Assembly: GCA_051874735.1 (NCBI GenBank) | Contig: JBJEGD010000002.1 | Coordinates: forward strand, 1 to 64,000 | Length of the DNA stretch: 64,000 bases | From: Candidatus Bruticola sp. | GTDB lineage: Bacteria; Vulcanimicrobiota; Xenobia; Xenobiales; Xenobiaceae | Reading direction: 5' to 3' | In this document: positions 53,417 to 63,999 of the stretch, piece by piece | How the letters are laid out: each line of letters begins with the position of its first letter | Numbering within the stretch: the first letter of the stretch is position 1 | Program-made: the position numbers and the translations under genes | The notes under the pieces: generated by a model | What the model saw: the letters and a program-made list of their open reading frames with translations, nothing else | Told to the model about the DNA's origin: nothing | Database searches by the model: none

Positions 53417-54997
53417 GTGTTAAAAAGCTTATTAAAAAACGGTTGCTTTTATACTTTTATACTTTTTCTCGGTTTGGCTATGCTATTAGTAGCCTCATTG
53501 AACCGTGCTACTCAAAGGCAGCAACAGATCAAATATTTAACCAACTTAGCTGACAACCTTAGTTCCCAAAATACAACTGAAGGCAGCTCTCCCGATCTGC
53601 ATAAATCTGTAAAATTAGCTCTGACTGATGATCTGGGCAGCGAACCTTTCAAGTTACTACCCTCTATTTATAATGGGATTTTGACCACTGACGTCTACTC
53701 CGATACAGCAGATATAGTTAAAGATCTCAATAACGGGAATCTCGACTATGCTGTTATGGAATACAGCCAAATGGTCAAATACAAGCATATGGGAGCAAAG
53801 CTGGAAAGTATTCTTCCTTGCTATAGCACAGAAATAAAGTATTGTTTAATTAGAAACATCTACTCTTCAGGGCCTTGTACCTCTGTAGCTTACGTATCGG
53901 GCAGCCCCAGCGAATATTATTCTATTCTTTTAAATAATGAAACCGCAACCGGCATACTCAATCCAAGCTTTAAACGCATCTCTGTAAAATCCACCGCTGA
54001 GGCGGTGCGTCTAGTAAAGCTTGGAGAAATAGACGGAGCCTTATTTGATGCCAAAGATCGGCTGCCTGCCGGAGTAAAAATTGCAGCTCAGTTTCAGCCG
54101 CAAGTTTTTTACTATATGCTGGTTGTCAATTATAAGCTTAATCCACTTCTGTTCCAATACGCTGCTTCGCGGACATTTTCTAATTCAGAAAAGGCCGCTT
54201 TAGATGTGAGTGATACTATTTACAAGCTGAATGACAAGCTAAAAACCTCTAAACAACACGGTTTGCTGCTCAACTCTATGAAACGCCTCAACCCAGAAGG
54301 GGCCAATCTATGGAAACAGGCCATGACTCGCGGCAGTATTTGTTACATAGGCAAAGATAGCTTAGCGCCCTCTAGCCCCAATCACTCCCCAAACCTATCA
54401 TATCTATACTCAAAATACAACGATATGGGGCTGTCTATCTTAACTAACTGGAGACTTGCCGGCACCTACGATTTTCCTCACCAAGAAAAAGAGGACAGCA
54501 GCAGACTAGCCTATTATTCAAATACAGTATCCTCCTTATTGGCAAAATACGATATAGCTGATAGATATAAATTCAAAAATTCCCCTCCCCGATGGTCCGC
54601 CGAAGACTCAGAGGAATCTGAGAAAAGCGGCAAATCATACCCATTAAAATCTCAGGACCAGCCCAACTACGAAAGCCCAACCGACGCTCAGTCAGAATTT
54701 ACAGACGATTCATCCGCAGATAATCCATCTTTATCTGCAACTGATAAGCAGTCGGAAACTTCTCCCCAATCTGCTCCTACCAAAAAATACAAAAAAAATA
54801 AAAATTCCTCAGCTACTCCCAAGTGGAAAGCGGAATCAACTAAACATAGCAAAACGGATCAGCATGGCCTCTCAGAATCAAGCGATAGACCTGTTTCTGA
54901 TAAGGAGCTATTCAAAGAAGAAATAGATCGGGGGCTTCTGCCGCCTCCACCGGAGGTACCTCCTGCGCCCAAAATTTCTGACGAATTAATAGAGTAA
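53417..54997 (+). CDS. membrane-anchored hypothetical protein, possible substrate-binding-like domain, low-complexity C-terminal tail
   Basis: N-terminal TM; LNNGNLDYAV and VKLGEIDGA motifs; S/E/K/P-rich tail. Confidence 0.65.
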   Translation: MLKSLLKNGCFYTFILFLGLAMLLVASLNRATQRQQQIKYLTNLADNLSSQNTTEGSSPDLHKSVKLALTDDLGSEPFKLLPSIYNGILTTDVYSDTADIVKDLNNGNLDYAVMEYSQMVKYKHMGAKLESILPCYSTEIKYCLIRNIYSSGPCTSVAYVSGSPSEYYSILLNNETATGILNPSFKRISVKSTAEAVRLVKLGEIDGALFDAKDRLPAGVKIAAQFQPQVFYYMLVVNYKLNPLLFQYAASRTFSNSEKAALDVSDTIYKLNDKLKTSKQHGLLLNSMKRLNPEGANLWKQAMTRGSICYIGKDSLAPSSPNHSPNLSYLYSKYNDMGLSILTNWRLAGTYDFPHQEKEDSSRLAYYSNTVSSLLAKYDIADRYKFKNSPPRWSAEDSEESEKSGKSYPLKSQDQPNYESPTDAQSEFTDDSSADNPSLSATDKQSETSPQSAPTKKYKKNKNSSATPKWKAESTKHSKTDQHGLSESSDRPVSDKELFKEEIDRGLLPPPPEVPPAPKISDELIE

Positions 54998-55044
54998 GAG
55001 CTGGCTTTTTTTACTACCAAAAGCTTTGCACCTACTCGGAACTA

Positions 55045-55092
55045 AAGCAAATAAGCTGCCCTCTTCTTAAGAAGAGGGCAGCTTATTTGCTT
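55045..55092. repeat. perfect 48-bp palindrome between convergent genes (probable terminator)
   Basis: AAGCAAATAAGCTGCCCTCTTCTT|AAGAAGAGGGCAGCTTATTTGCTT. Confidence 0.9.
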
Positions 55093-55148
55093 ATAAACAG
55101 ACCGCTAACAGTATGTGAACCGCAGCAGTCTTTCTTATTCGAGCCTAC

Positions 55149-56312
55149 TTAAAATAAGGGAGTTCCCAACTTCATGGCTTCAACACCGAAAACTTTAGCT
55201 AAAGTCGCAGAAATATCAGCAAAAGTCTCACGATTGCCTAAATTGATACCTCCCGGAATCTGTTTAGAAAATACTAAAATAGGAGCGTATTCTCGAGAGT
55301 GATCAGTACTGGGACTCGTAGGATCGTTGCCATGATCTGCTGTCAGCATAATCAGATCATTATCAGTCATCTTATCCATGATAGTCTTGAGATAACCATC
55401 AAAAGTTTCTAACGCTCTGGCAAATCCCGGGGCGTCCTGTCTATGACCGTAAAGCATATCAAAATCTTCAAAATTAGTGAAGATAAACCGGCAGTCGGTG
55501 TCCATCGCCTCTAAGGTAGCTTTAAAATGCTCCTCGTTACTTTGAGTGCGTTTTTTCCAAGCGAAGCCGCGTCCATCGAAAACTTCAGGAACGACACCGA
55601 TACCCGCAACCTTTATACCCGTAGCAGCTAAACGATCTATGATATTCTCTGGAGGCTTAATGGGGAAATCTTTACGCCTTTCAGTACGACGGAAAGCCCC
55701 CGGCTGACCTTCGAAAGGACGAGCGATAACGCGCTGCACACCATGATCACCAGTCAAAATTTCTCTAGCGATTAGACAAATCTCGTAGAGACGCTCAATA
55801 GGAATAACATCTTCATGACAAGCAATCTGGAAAACACTGTCGGCGCTGGTATAAAGAATAGGATATCCGGTCGCCATATGTTCGGGGCCCAAATCGTCAA
55901 TAATTTTGGTACCAGATGCAGGATAATTACCTAAAATTTTAGTGCCAATCCGCTTTTCAAATTCTTCAACAATTTCGGTCGGGAAGCCATTAGGATAAGT
56001 TGGGAAGGCTTTTTCAACCGTTACTCCCATCATTTCCCAGTGACCGGTAACGGTATCTTTACCGCCTAAAGAACGCTCGCGCAGCCTGCCGTAAGAGCCT
56101 ATAGGATTTGCCAAAGGAGCTCCGCCGACGAGAGTCAGAGCATTGCCCAATCCTAAAGAACGCAGCGTAGGAATAGAAATGCCGCCAACGGCCTTAGCAA
56201 CGTTTACCAACGTGTTGCCGCACAGCTCGCCCTTATCACCAAAAAGCTCGGCGTCGGGGGCAGTACCGGCGCCGCAGCCATCCATAACAATCAGAATAGC
56301 TCTTTCGATCAT
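55149..56312 (-). CDS. deoB: phosphopentomutase
   Basis: GKDTVTGHWE, YTSADSVFQIA, RVIARPF, DMLYGHR, TADHGNDPT and DHSRE motifs. Confidence 0.95.
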   Translation of the reverse strand: MIERAILIVMDGCGAGTAPDAELFGDKGELCGNTLVNVAKAVGGISIPTLRSLGLGNALTLVGGAPLANPIGSYGRLRERSLGGKDTVTGHWEMMGVTVEKAFPTYPNGFPTEIVEEFEKRIGTKILGNYPASGTKIIDDLGPEHMATGYPILYTSADSVFQIACHEDVIPIERLYEICLIAREILTGDHGVQRVIARPFEGQPGAFRRTERRKDFPIKPPENIIDRLAATGIKVAGIGVVPEVFDGRGFAWKKRTQSNEEHFKATLEAMDTDCRFIFTNFEDFDMLYGHRQDAPGFARALETFDGYLKTIMDKMTDNDLIMLTADHGNDPTSPSTDHSREYAPILVFSKQIPGGINLGNRETFADISATLAKVFGVEAMKLGTPLF

Positions 56313-56446
56313 GATGCAATCCTTTTTCCTGTTTTTCAAGGATGATTCCTGCCTAAACCAGATTTGATATTCTGCACAAAATATAACGCCGAGTCTGCTC
56401 TGAGTCTGGAGCTAAACTCGGCGTAATCTTAGGCAATCAATAAGAG

Positions 56447-59400
56447 TTACTTAATAATCACCTTAATGCTGCCAGTCCGGCCAAACACTTCAGGAGCATA
56501 CATCTCTTCAGCTTTGGCTGGGGGTACAACAAAAGTGCCTGGTGAAGAAGCGCGACAAATAAAGGAATACTTATATTCGCCTCCTGGCATAATCAGGCTG
56601 AAAACCTCAGCCTTATCATCACGCAGATTTTGATGATCAAACGGATTAAACTGAAAATACGACCAATAAGGCAAAGGCTGCACTCGCTCTTGATCATCAT
56701 TGGGCAATTCTTCCGTCATTTTGAGAGCGCTGTTCAAAATTTCACATCCAGCCGGAAGAGGCACACTCAAAGCTACATGGGCTCGACGCGCCGGAGCTAC
56801 CAACGTAGTGCTGCAGCGCACCCGACTACCCAACTTAAATTTCCAAGTACTGCCGTCGATGCGGCGTACATCGTTCGGATCATCTACTCCTTCATAAGTA
56901 CGCGCTACTGCGAAACCAGCCTCAATAGGTTCAGACTTAAGATTCTTGAGAGCATACTTAAGACCTAAACGATAATAAAGACGTCCTGGTCCATTCTTGG
57001 CTACAATTAAATTGCTTTGATCTTCAATAAATTCCATGGGAACGTGGCTGACTTGATAATCAGTGCTCCGTCCTTGGAACTTGTGCTTACCTACATAATC
57101 GCGCCCCAACCAAAGATTTACAGCGAAATCTGGAGTTACCGATTCGTAAGTACGGAAGTACTTATTCAAGGCCATAACCACCATAGCGTTGGCCTGGGTA
57201 GTATCCCAACTGCCGTGACGACGTCCATCTAAAAGAGAGCGCACCAGCTTAGGAATAACTGAGTTCTTAGGATTATCGAACATTAAAGCTGACAACAACA
57301 CAGCTTCGTCTCTAAACCTAGAGTTCAGAATTAAGTAATCTCCCTGCTTGGCGAATTCCCCAATATTGACCTTTTCTGCAGTTTCAGTAATTTTGTTGTT
57401 AATCTGACGTCTGATTTCATCAGCTAACGCCTTATCACCGATTGCATCTTTAATAACCGGCAAATACCATCCTAAAGTATCTAAATACACCTTAGAAAGA
57501 TCTTCTTTTTTCAGCTCCGTATAATGATTCGTGACCTTTCGCCCAGCCTGCCACAGCACATTGTCGGCATAAGCAGCCACATTAAGTCTGGCTTGGCGAT
57601 TGTACTTGCGAGGATCAGAGGTTTCCTCGTAAGCTCGGGCAGCATACCTCAAAGCTTTGTTGTACATATCGTCATTAACTTTGAACCCATGGGCTCGAGC
57701 TGTTACCAAAGCTTGCGCACAATGGACTGACACGAAGGGCAGAACACACTTATCTGCTGTCCACAAACCAAAACCGCCACGGCTGTTTTGACGCTGCTGC
57801 AACTTTTTCAAAGAAGCAGCCATAAAGTCGTCGAGTGCTTCCTGACTTGGAACTCCCTCAGCTTTGAAACTGTGCAGCACATCTTTAAGATTGGCAATGA
57901 CGATAATACGTGAAGCTAACTGTTCGGAACAATCAAAAGGATATTCGCACAGATAAATTACAGCATCGGTCAATTCTTGCAGCGCTGTAGACGAAGTTGA
58001 GATATCCAATCCACCGAATTGTTTAAAGCTTTCTCTAGGCCGCTGCAAAGGCTGTCTGAGAACCTGATTGTCATCTATGGTACCGTAAGTAGCGAAACCT
58101 TCTGTAGTGCAGGGAGTATAAACCGGCAAAACGCACTGAGCACTATCAGAGTATTTGCTTGAAGCAGCGGCCACTTGTATAGTAGCCTGACCAGCTTGCT
58201 CCGTTTCCATGGGAATAAGCACTTCACGACGATCGTTAGCCGGAATGCGACAAGTGTAGGCGCCAGGCGCCACAACTTTTAAGTTAACAGCTCTAGCAGC
58301 GATCTGAACGTTGAGAGGTTGGGAGGTCTGATTGTGCAGAACCACCGGAAGACTAAACTTATCTCCAAAATTCAGAAAACGCGGAGCGCTAGGACGCACC
58401 ATTAAAGGAAGTCTAGCAGTCAGGCTACTTTCACCTAAACCGAAACGCGATTTTTTATCGGCAGCTACAGCTACTACGCGATAGCGGGTTAAGTTATCCG
58501 GCAGCACTACTTTATGCGATATTTTGCCTTCAGCGTTAGTTTTCAAAATGGCAGCGAAGGCGGCTAAAGGATTAAAATTGGAACGAAGAGCTATCTCTGC
58601 CTCGGCTGGCCCGGCTTCACCTTCAGCCGGAGCAGCAGCATCCTCCGTTACTACAGCCATCGATTTAGCCATGGGAGACATACTTCTGCCCGCCACAGAC
58701 ATTTTGTCTACAGAATTCATCATAAAGAGATTTTGACCGTAATCATCACTTATGCGACTTCTGGCAGATAATTGCTGTACGAGTTTAGGCTTCTGATTAT
58801 TGAGTATAACTAAAGAGCGCACATAGTCGAAGAAAGTTAGATCGGGCTGAGCGCTATAAAAATCTAACAGGGGATTATGTATGGAATAACCGCTTAAAGC
58901 CCACACAGATTCATCGACCACAACCAAAGCGACTTCAGCATCAGTTACTGGCCGCCCCTGACAGTCGGATACGCAAACTTTAATTTCCGTCTGACCGCCC
59001 GGTTCTACCCCCTGCTCTTTAGGCTCAACCTTCACTTGCAGCTCTTTTTCTTTAGTACTAACTTTAATGCTCAAAGTATTAACTGCGTAAGCAGGGCGTT
59101 GAGTATTTTTAATTTTGGCCCCAGAGCTGTCAACTCGCTCATCGGCACCACTGACAGAAACGGTAAGTTTAAACCCTGGCAACCAATTCTCGCTGACCGG
59201 AATTTTAAGCATAGCATTAGTTCCGTTGATAGCAAACGACTGACTCTGGGCGATACCGTTGCGAGAGATAGTGTAAACGCCATGCTTAGCCACAAAAGGA
59301 GACTGGATCGCAATTTCTGCGGTCTGGCCAGGCTGATATTCCTGACGATCGGGAATAAGCGTCAATTCCTGCTTCTCAATTTTTTCTTTAGCTAAACCTG

Positions 59401-62400
59401 CAGCTTGGAAGGCTCCCACCCAAATACGCACGGTAGTTTCATTGACGCGCCCTTGATTGTCACTAATCTGAGCGCGAACACGCCATAATCCGGACTCGCT
59501 AAAAGGCAGAACTTTCTGTACGGGCTTATCTGCAGAGACAAGCTCATCATTTATAACTTTCAGCTCCCTTTCCACTGCCTTGCCCGAAGAATCGTAAACA
59601 TTATCCACTCTAGCCAGTTGTAAACTTATTTTACGGCCAGCCACAGCCTTACCTTCGGTTGATACAGCTATAAATTCCACACAAGGCTTGACGAAATGTT
59701 CATAACGGAACTTATCAGGTTTGATACCAACATAAAGTTTAGCTGGATGAACCAGAAAAGAGGTACGATCTGACCAAGTTTGTCGATTAACATCGCTGAC
59801 AGCAGCAGAAATACTCATGCTTATCGGCTCAATAGGCTGAGCTGTGCCTAAGCTGACATCAAGCGCACTTTGGCCAAGACTATCAGTAACCAAGTTTAGA
59901 GAATGTTTAGCTTCAACTTTATCGTCTTCTAAAAAACGGCTCCACCAAGGGCGCCACTGGCCGAAGATAAATTTATGCCATCCAGGAGGGGCATAAGAAG
60001 TCCTTCTAGCTTCCGCTCTCCAAATTACGGGAGAAGAACTGACAGCTCCCCCAGCAAAGTAGCTGGCTTTAGCACTGACGCGAACGCGCTCTCCCATAAA
60101 ATGATCAGTACCTTCAGTTTGGGCTGCCACTTCAAACTCGGGGCGACGGAATTCTTGAACTTCAAAATTATAAGAAAACTCCCGCGCAGCAAAATTACCA
60201 GGACAATCCGGCGCATTTAAAAGCACCCTAGCCCTTCCTAAATTCATATTGCTAGGCAGATTAACTGAAAAATCGAAACCACCGCAGCCAGAAAGAGCAC
60301 TTGTGCCTGTAGCAAGTTCTGCTCCTCTGGGATCGGTAAGCTTCCAATTTATTTGTTTTAATTTATCATCGAGAAAAGCATTGGCTTCCGGTCCTCTGCA
60401 TACAGAGCGAATCCAGCCTTTGACAGATAAAGTTTCTCCTGGACGATACAAACCGCGATCGCTGAATACGCTCCAGAGCAGATTGCGGTCATTATTCAGC
60501 CTTCTTACAGCAACAGAATAAAATAAGGCATCTTTTTTGTAGCGGACTAAGGCGTGTTTGTTTTTTTGGTGGTCGTATACTTTGGCAAAAATAGCTTGAC
60601 CGTTACCATCAGTTTCCACCACTTCACCGTCAAATTCAACTGAAGCTCCCTTAATAGCCTGTCCGCTTTTTAAATCGGTCACATAAACATAGAGATGGGA
60701 ACTATCAGCCACAGTGTCAGCGGCTAAAGAAGAAGACTGCAGCCAGACAGCCTTGCCAAAATGATAGTGATCTCTGCGTGATCCGTACTCTAAAGCTAAT
60801 ATAGCTAAACATGGACCATCAGCAAAAGCCTCTGAGACATCGATCTGAGTCTGTACATACTCATTTTTGCCTGCTTTTACTTGGAAAGTCTTTTCCCAAA
60901 CTAGGCTGCCAGCCCCCTCATATTTGTCTAAATTTTCAAAGTAAAGGCTAGTTTTAGCCGAAAAATCGCGGAAATTAACTTTAAAAAGCTTGGCTTTGAA
61001 ACTACTGACCGCTCCGGTATAAACAGAATATGTGTTAGGACTGTCCGGATCTAACACATGAAAATTGAATCTATCTCCGGGCATATTTATATATGCTTCC
61101 ATCGGACCGACATTAAAGGCAAGTTTCCTCGCTCTACTTCCCAACTGCTGAGAATATATGTCGCAAATTTCAGGATTCAGCTTAACTGTATACTTAGTAT
61201 CAGCCTTAGTATCGCCACTGATAACAAGTTGGGATCCTACTACGGAAACGTGCACAGATTCGAGTGGAGGAGTAATGCTTTTTATTAAATTTGCGGTATT
61301 TACTCCAGAGGCTTCAAGCTGATTATTAAAGTAAATAACCCACTTCTCTCCTACCCCCAACTCATTATTGCGCCAATTTCTTTCACAGTTAGTTCCAGTA
61401 ATTTCCAAAGGATTAAAAGTTCGGAAAGAACTGCTCTGCTCCGCCTCAGTAATCAGCGGACCTTCAGCAGATGAACTTCCTTTAGATAAAATTATAGAAT
61501 AGTCGGAGGCCGCTTTAAGCGGGTGAGCGGGTTTGAAAGCTACCCAATGATCTTCAGGCAAATCCCGCAAGACTTTAACTGCCTCAGATGTTGAAGGCAA
61601 TTGCTTAAGCGTTAAAAAATTAATCTCGGTACGAGCCGAAAGACGGCCATTTTCGGCCAAGATCAGCTGCTTACGCATCTTCTCAAGATCAATTTTTTGA
61701 TTAAAAACGGCATAACATACGGGAGAAGGACTTACGCCTTCCCCTTGAGGGTACGCTTGAAGGAGTTTAAGTCTCTCTGTTTGGAACGAAAATTTGTACT
61801 CTTTGCCTAACTGACGGCCGGCCGCATCTTGCAAGGAAGCGGGTACAACAACTTCATAATCTGAGGACATAGGCATATAGTGGCCGGCTGGTTCAAATAC
61901 GGCTGTTTTAGTGCCCAGCCACCGCCAATGGCCTGCCACCTCCGGCTTAATTTTAGCAGGAGCTATAGCTCTGGTCCCGTCAACATCCTGAAGAGCCACC
62001 ATAGGCTGACTAAAAGTTAAACTTACGTAAGGAGCGACCGACACAGAACCTTGCGGAGAGAAACGCTCCAAAACGGTCAAAGGCGTCTCAGCATTTATAG
62101 TCTGATTAGCTGAAAGTTCCATATCTTTATTGGCTGGAAAAGGAACTTCAATATTTTTTCCGCCGCGTGGAGCTGGGATAGAGTCTTCTCGGCGATAGAA
62201 CTCTTGGGCGGATGATTTATCAGGCAGGTTTGGAAGACGCTGCAGCAGTTTCTCCCTGGCTGCGCTATCTAGGGGCTGACATACTGCAGATGCGTTAGGT
62301 GCAGTCGACTTCGAGCCGACGCCTTCACCTGGCGAAAGCATAAAATCGAATGTTGGCACTTTAGAGCTACCTCCATCGCTGCTAGTTTTTTCTCTGGATA

Positions 62401-62482
62401 CTGCCTGCTGAAAACTCATACAAGCACAAAGAGTAAGCAGTAGGAGCAGCGCCATTACAGGAAACGCCTTCCTAAAATTCAT
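56447..62482 (-). CDS. bacterial alpha-2-macroglobulin family lipoprotein
   Basis: LCAC lipobox; SDRGLYRPGE, EFRRPEF, LPDNLT, PRFLNFGD, CSEQ thioester motif and PPAKAEEMYAPE. Confidence 0.92.
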   Translation of the reverse strand: MNFRKAFPVMALLLLLTLCACMSFQQAVSREKTSSDGGSSKVPTFDFMLSPGEGVGSKSTAPNASAVCQPLDSAAREKLLQRLPNLPDKSSAQEFYRREDSIPAPRGGKNIEVPFPANKDMELSANQTINAETPLTVLERFSPQGSVSVAPYVSLTFSQPMVALQDVDGTRAIAPAKIKPEVAGHWRWLGTKTAVFEPAGHYMPMSSDYEVVVPASLQDAAGRQLGKEYKFSFQTERLKLLQAYPQGEGVSPSPVCYAVFNQKIDLEKMRKQLILAENGRLSARTEINFLTLKQLPSTSEAVKVLRDLPEDHWVAFKPAHPLKAASDYSIILSKGSSSAEGPLITEAEQSSSFRTFNPLEITGTNCERNWRNNELGVGEKWVIYFNNQLEASGVNTANLIKSITPPLESVHVSVVGSQLVISGDTKADTKYTVKLNPEICDIYSQQLGSRARKLAFNVGPMEAYINMPGDRFNFHVLDPDSPNTYSVYTGAVSSFKAKLFKVNFRDFSAKTSLYFENLDKYEGAGSLVWEKTFQVKAGKNEYVQTQIDVSEAFADGPCLAILALEYGSRRDHYHFGKAVWLQSSSLAADTVADSSHLYVYVTDLKSGQAIKGASVEFDGEVVETDGNGQAIFAKVYDHQKNKHALVRYKKDALFYSVAVRRLNNDRNLLWSVFSDRGLYRPGETLSVKGWIRSVCRGPEANAFLDDKLKQINWKLTDPRGAELATGTSALSGCGGFDFSVNLPSNMNLGRARVLLNAPDCPGNFAAREFSYNFEVQEFRRPEFEVAAQTEGTDHFMGERVRVSAKASYFAGGAVSSSPVIWRAEARRTSYAPPGWHKFIFGQWRPWWSRFLEDDKVEAKHSLNLVTDSLGQSALDVSLGTAQPIEPISMSISAAVSDVNRQTWSDRTSFLVHPAKLYVGIKPDKFRYEHFVKPCVEFIAVSTEGKAVAGRKISLQLARVDNVYDSSGKAVERELKVINDELVSADKPVQKVLPFSESGLWRVRAQISDNQGRVNETTVRIWVGAFQAAGLAKEKIEKQELTLIPDRQEYQPGQTAEIAIQSPFVAKHGVYTISRNGIAQSQSFAINGTNAMLKIPVSENWLPGFKLTVSVSGADERVDSSGAKIKNTQRPAYAVNTLSIKVSTKEKELQVKVEPKEQGVEPGGQTEIKVCVSDCQGRPVTDAEVALVVVDESVWALSGYSIHNPLLDFYSAQPDLTFFDYVRSLVILNNQKPKLVQQLSARSRISDDYGQNLFMMNSVDKMSVAGRSMSPMAKSMAVVTEDAAAPAEGEAGPAEAEIALRSNFNPLAAFAAILKTNAEGKISHKVVLPDNLTRYRVVAVAADKKSRFGLGESSLTARLPLMVRPSAPRFLNFGDKFSLPVVLHNQTSQPLNVQIAARAVNLKVVAPGAYTCRIPANDRREVLIPMETEQAGQATIQVAAASSKYSDSAQCVLPVYTPCTTEGFATYGTIDDNQVLRQPLQRPRESFKQFGGLDISTSSTALQELTDAVIYLCEYPFDCSEQLASRIIVIANLKDVLHSFKAEGVPSQEALDDFMAASLKKLQQRQNSRGGFGLWTADKCVLPFVSVHCAQALVTARAHGFKVNDDMYNKALRYAARAYEETSDPRKYNRQARLNVAAYADNVLWQAGRKVTNHYTELKKEDLSKVYLDTLGWYLPVIKDAIGDKALADEIRRQINNKITETAEKVNIGEFAKQGDYLILNSRFRDEAVLLSALMFDNPKNSVIPKLVRSLLDGRRHGSWDTTQANAMVVMALNKYFRTYESVTPDFAVNLWLGRDYVGKHKFQGRSTDYQVSHVPMEFIEDQSNLIVAKNGPGRLYYRLGLKYALKNLKSEPIEAGFAVARTYEGVDDPNDVRRIDGSTWKFKLGSRVRCSTTLVAPARRAHVALSVPLPAGCEILNSALKMTEELPNDDQERVQPLPYWSYFQFNPFDHQNLRDDKAEVFSLIMPGGEYKYSFICRASSPGTFVVPPAKAEEMYAPEVFGRTGSIKVIIK

Positions 62483-62643
62483 GCGGACTTACCTCCGTAA
62501 AAACTAAGTAAATATGATGGCCAGTCAGGACAGTACAGATAATTTAGTCAAGAGCTACAACTGTTACGAGTAAATACCAAATCTAACAGATAATTCCATT
62601 TAGATAAAGAAATCGTTAACAAAAAGTGAATCGTTTGGCTTAA

Positions 62644-63999
62644 TTAAGCTAAAACTGCACCTTTTTTCCGGGCTTCCTCTAATACTTCCCGGCGCAGATG
62701 TTCACAAATTTCGTCAATTGAGTCAGGATTTAAAGCTGGAATTTCCAACCAATAGGGCGCATGTTCTTTTACTTCTAAAACACGGAACTCCAAAGCATTT
62801 TTATATAGGACTCGGTCATTTTCTGAGGGCAGTTTTCCCAGCAGAGACATAACTAAACCGCCCACAGTTTCAGCTTTTTCATTTTGGAAGCTATCATCTA
62901 ACTTATCGGCGACATCTTTCATATGCTCTTTAGCAGCCCGTTTAGATACACTGTCGATAAAGTCGTCAAGCTCCAGTTCTTCAATTTCATCTTGAACCAG
63001 TTCATCTAAACGCTGATTGAGACGCTGTTCTCCAATCTGCAACAGCAAAGTGCGCCCCAAATCGCGTCTTAAATCTTTGTCGCGTTTAGGTCGGAGCTTT
63101 TGGGATAAAGTTTCGCTGACACAAGCAATAAGCTGTTCTTCCAGAGCTTCCTCCATGTCCTCTATAAGGTCTTCCAAAGAGACAACTCCTTCTACTTCCC
63201 AGCTACGACACCCCAAATCAAAACTAACTTCCTGACGCTCTTCTCCTTCAAATTCATCGTAAACGTATCCGACAACTTCTTCAAAAAGATCTTCCATAGT
63301 TACGATGCCGGCTATTCCGCCTTTTTCATCAACTACAGCGGCCATATGTACAGATTTGGCGCACATCTCTTTAAAAGCCAGATCGAGCGTAATTAGTTCA
63401 TGTATAATAGGATAAGGCTGACTGTGCAAGCGTACGGGTTCTTTGCCCTTGCCATCGCGCATAGCCCTGTACAGATCGCGCACTAAAACCATACTGTTAG
63501 TATCGTCAAGATCTTCTTCAAAAACGGGGTAGCGACTGCAGCGATACTGACGCACCTGACGCAGGGCTTCCTGTACGGTCACACTACCTTGAAAGGCCAA
63601 AACCTGAGTGCGTGGAACCATAACACTGCGCACAATTTCATCACCGAAGTGAAGCCATTCACGCGCCCAATCGCCGGCCTCATCGTCTATTAAACGTTCA
63701 TTTTGAAAAGTTTCTAAAGCCCTATCTAAAGTTTCTTTAGAGACATGTTGACTTAAATCTTTCTGGATAGGAATATCCATGCGCCGCAACGCCCAGTTGG
63801 TAATATGGCTCAGCCCAAGAGCCAACCAATGAAGCAGCTTGTTGCTAATGCACATAAATCCGTAGGTCAGTTGAGCAGCCCTAATAGGCTTGTGCAAAGC
63901 AGCAGTTTTAGGGATCATTTCCCCAGCCACTACGTGAATATAAGTAAGGATAAGCAAAGAGAGAATTGAAGCAGCGCCATGTACGGTACCAGCCAAAGC
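62644..63999 (-). CDS. hemolysin-family CNNM/CBS/CorC-HlyC protein (5' end outside the window)
   Basis: HVVAGEMIPK, VMVPR, SRYPV, VVDEKGG..GIVTMEDLFEEVVG and ETVGG motifs. Confidence 0.9.
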   Translation of the reverse strand, partial: ALAGTVHGAASILSLLILTYIHVVAGEMIPKTAALHKPIRAAQLTYGFMCISNKLLHWLALGLSHITNWALRRMDIPIQKDLSQHVSKETLDRALETFQNERLIDDEAGDWAREWLHFGDEIVRSVMVPRTQVLAFQGSVTVQEALRQVRQYRCSRYPVFEEDLDDTNSMVLVRDLYRAMRDGKGKEPVRLHSQPYPIIHELITLDLAFKEMCAKSVHMAAVVDEKGGIAGIVTMEDLFEEVVGYVYDEFEGEERQEVSFDLGCRSWEVEGVVSLEDLIEDMEEALEEQLIACVSETLSQKLRPKRDKDLRRDLGRTLLLQIGEQRLNQRLDELVQDEIEELELDDFIDSVSKRAAKEHMKDVADKLDDSFQNEKAETVGGLVMSLLGKLPSENDRVLYKNALEFRVLEVKEHAPYWLEIPALNPDSIDEICEHLRREVLEEARKKGAVLA

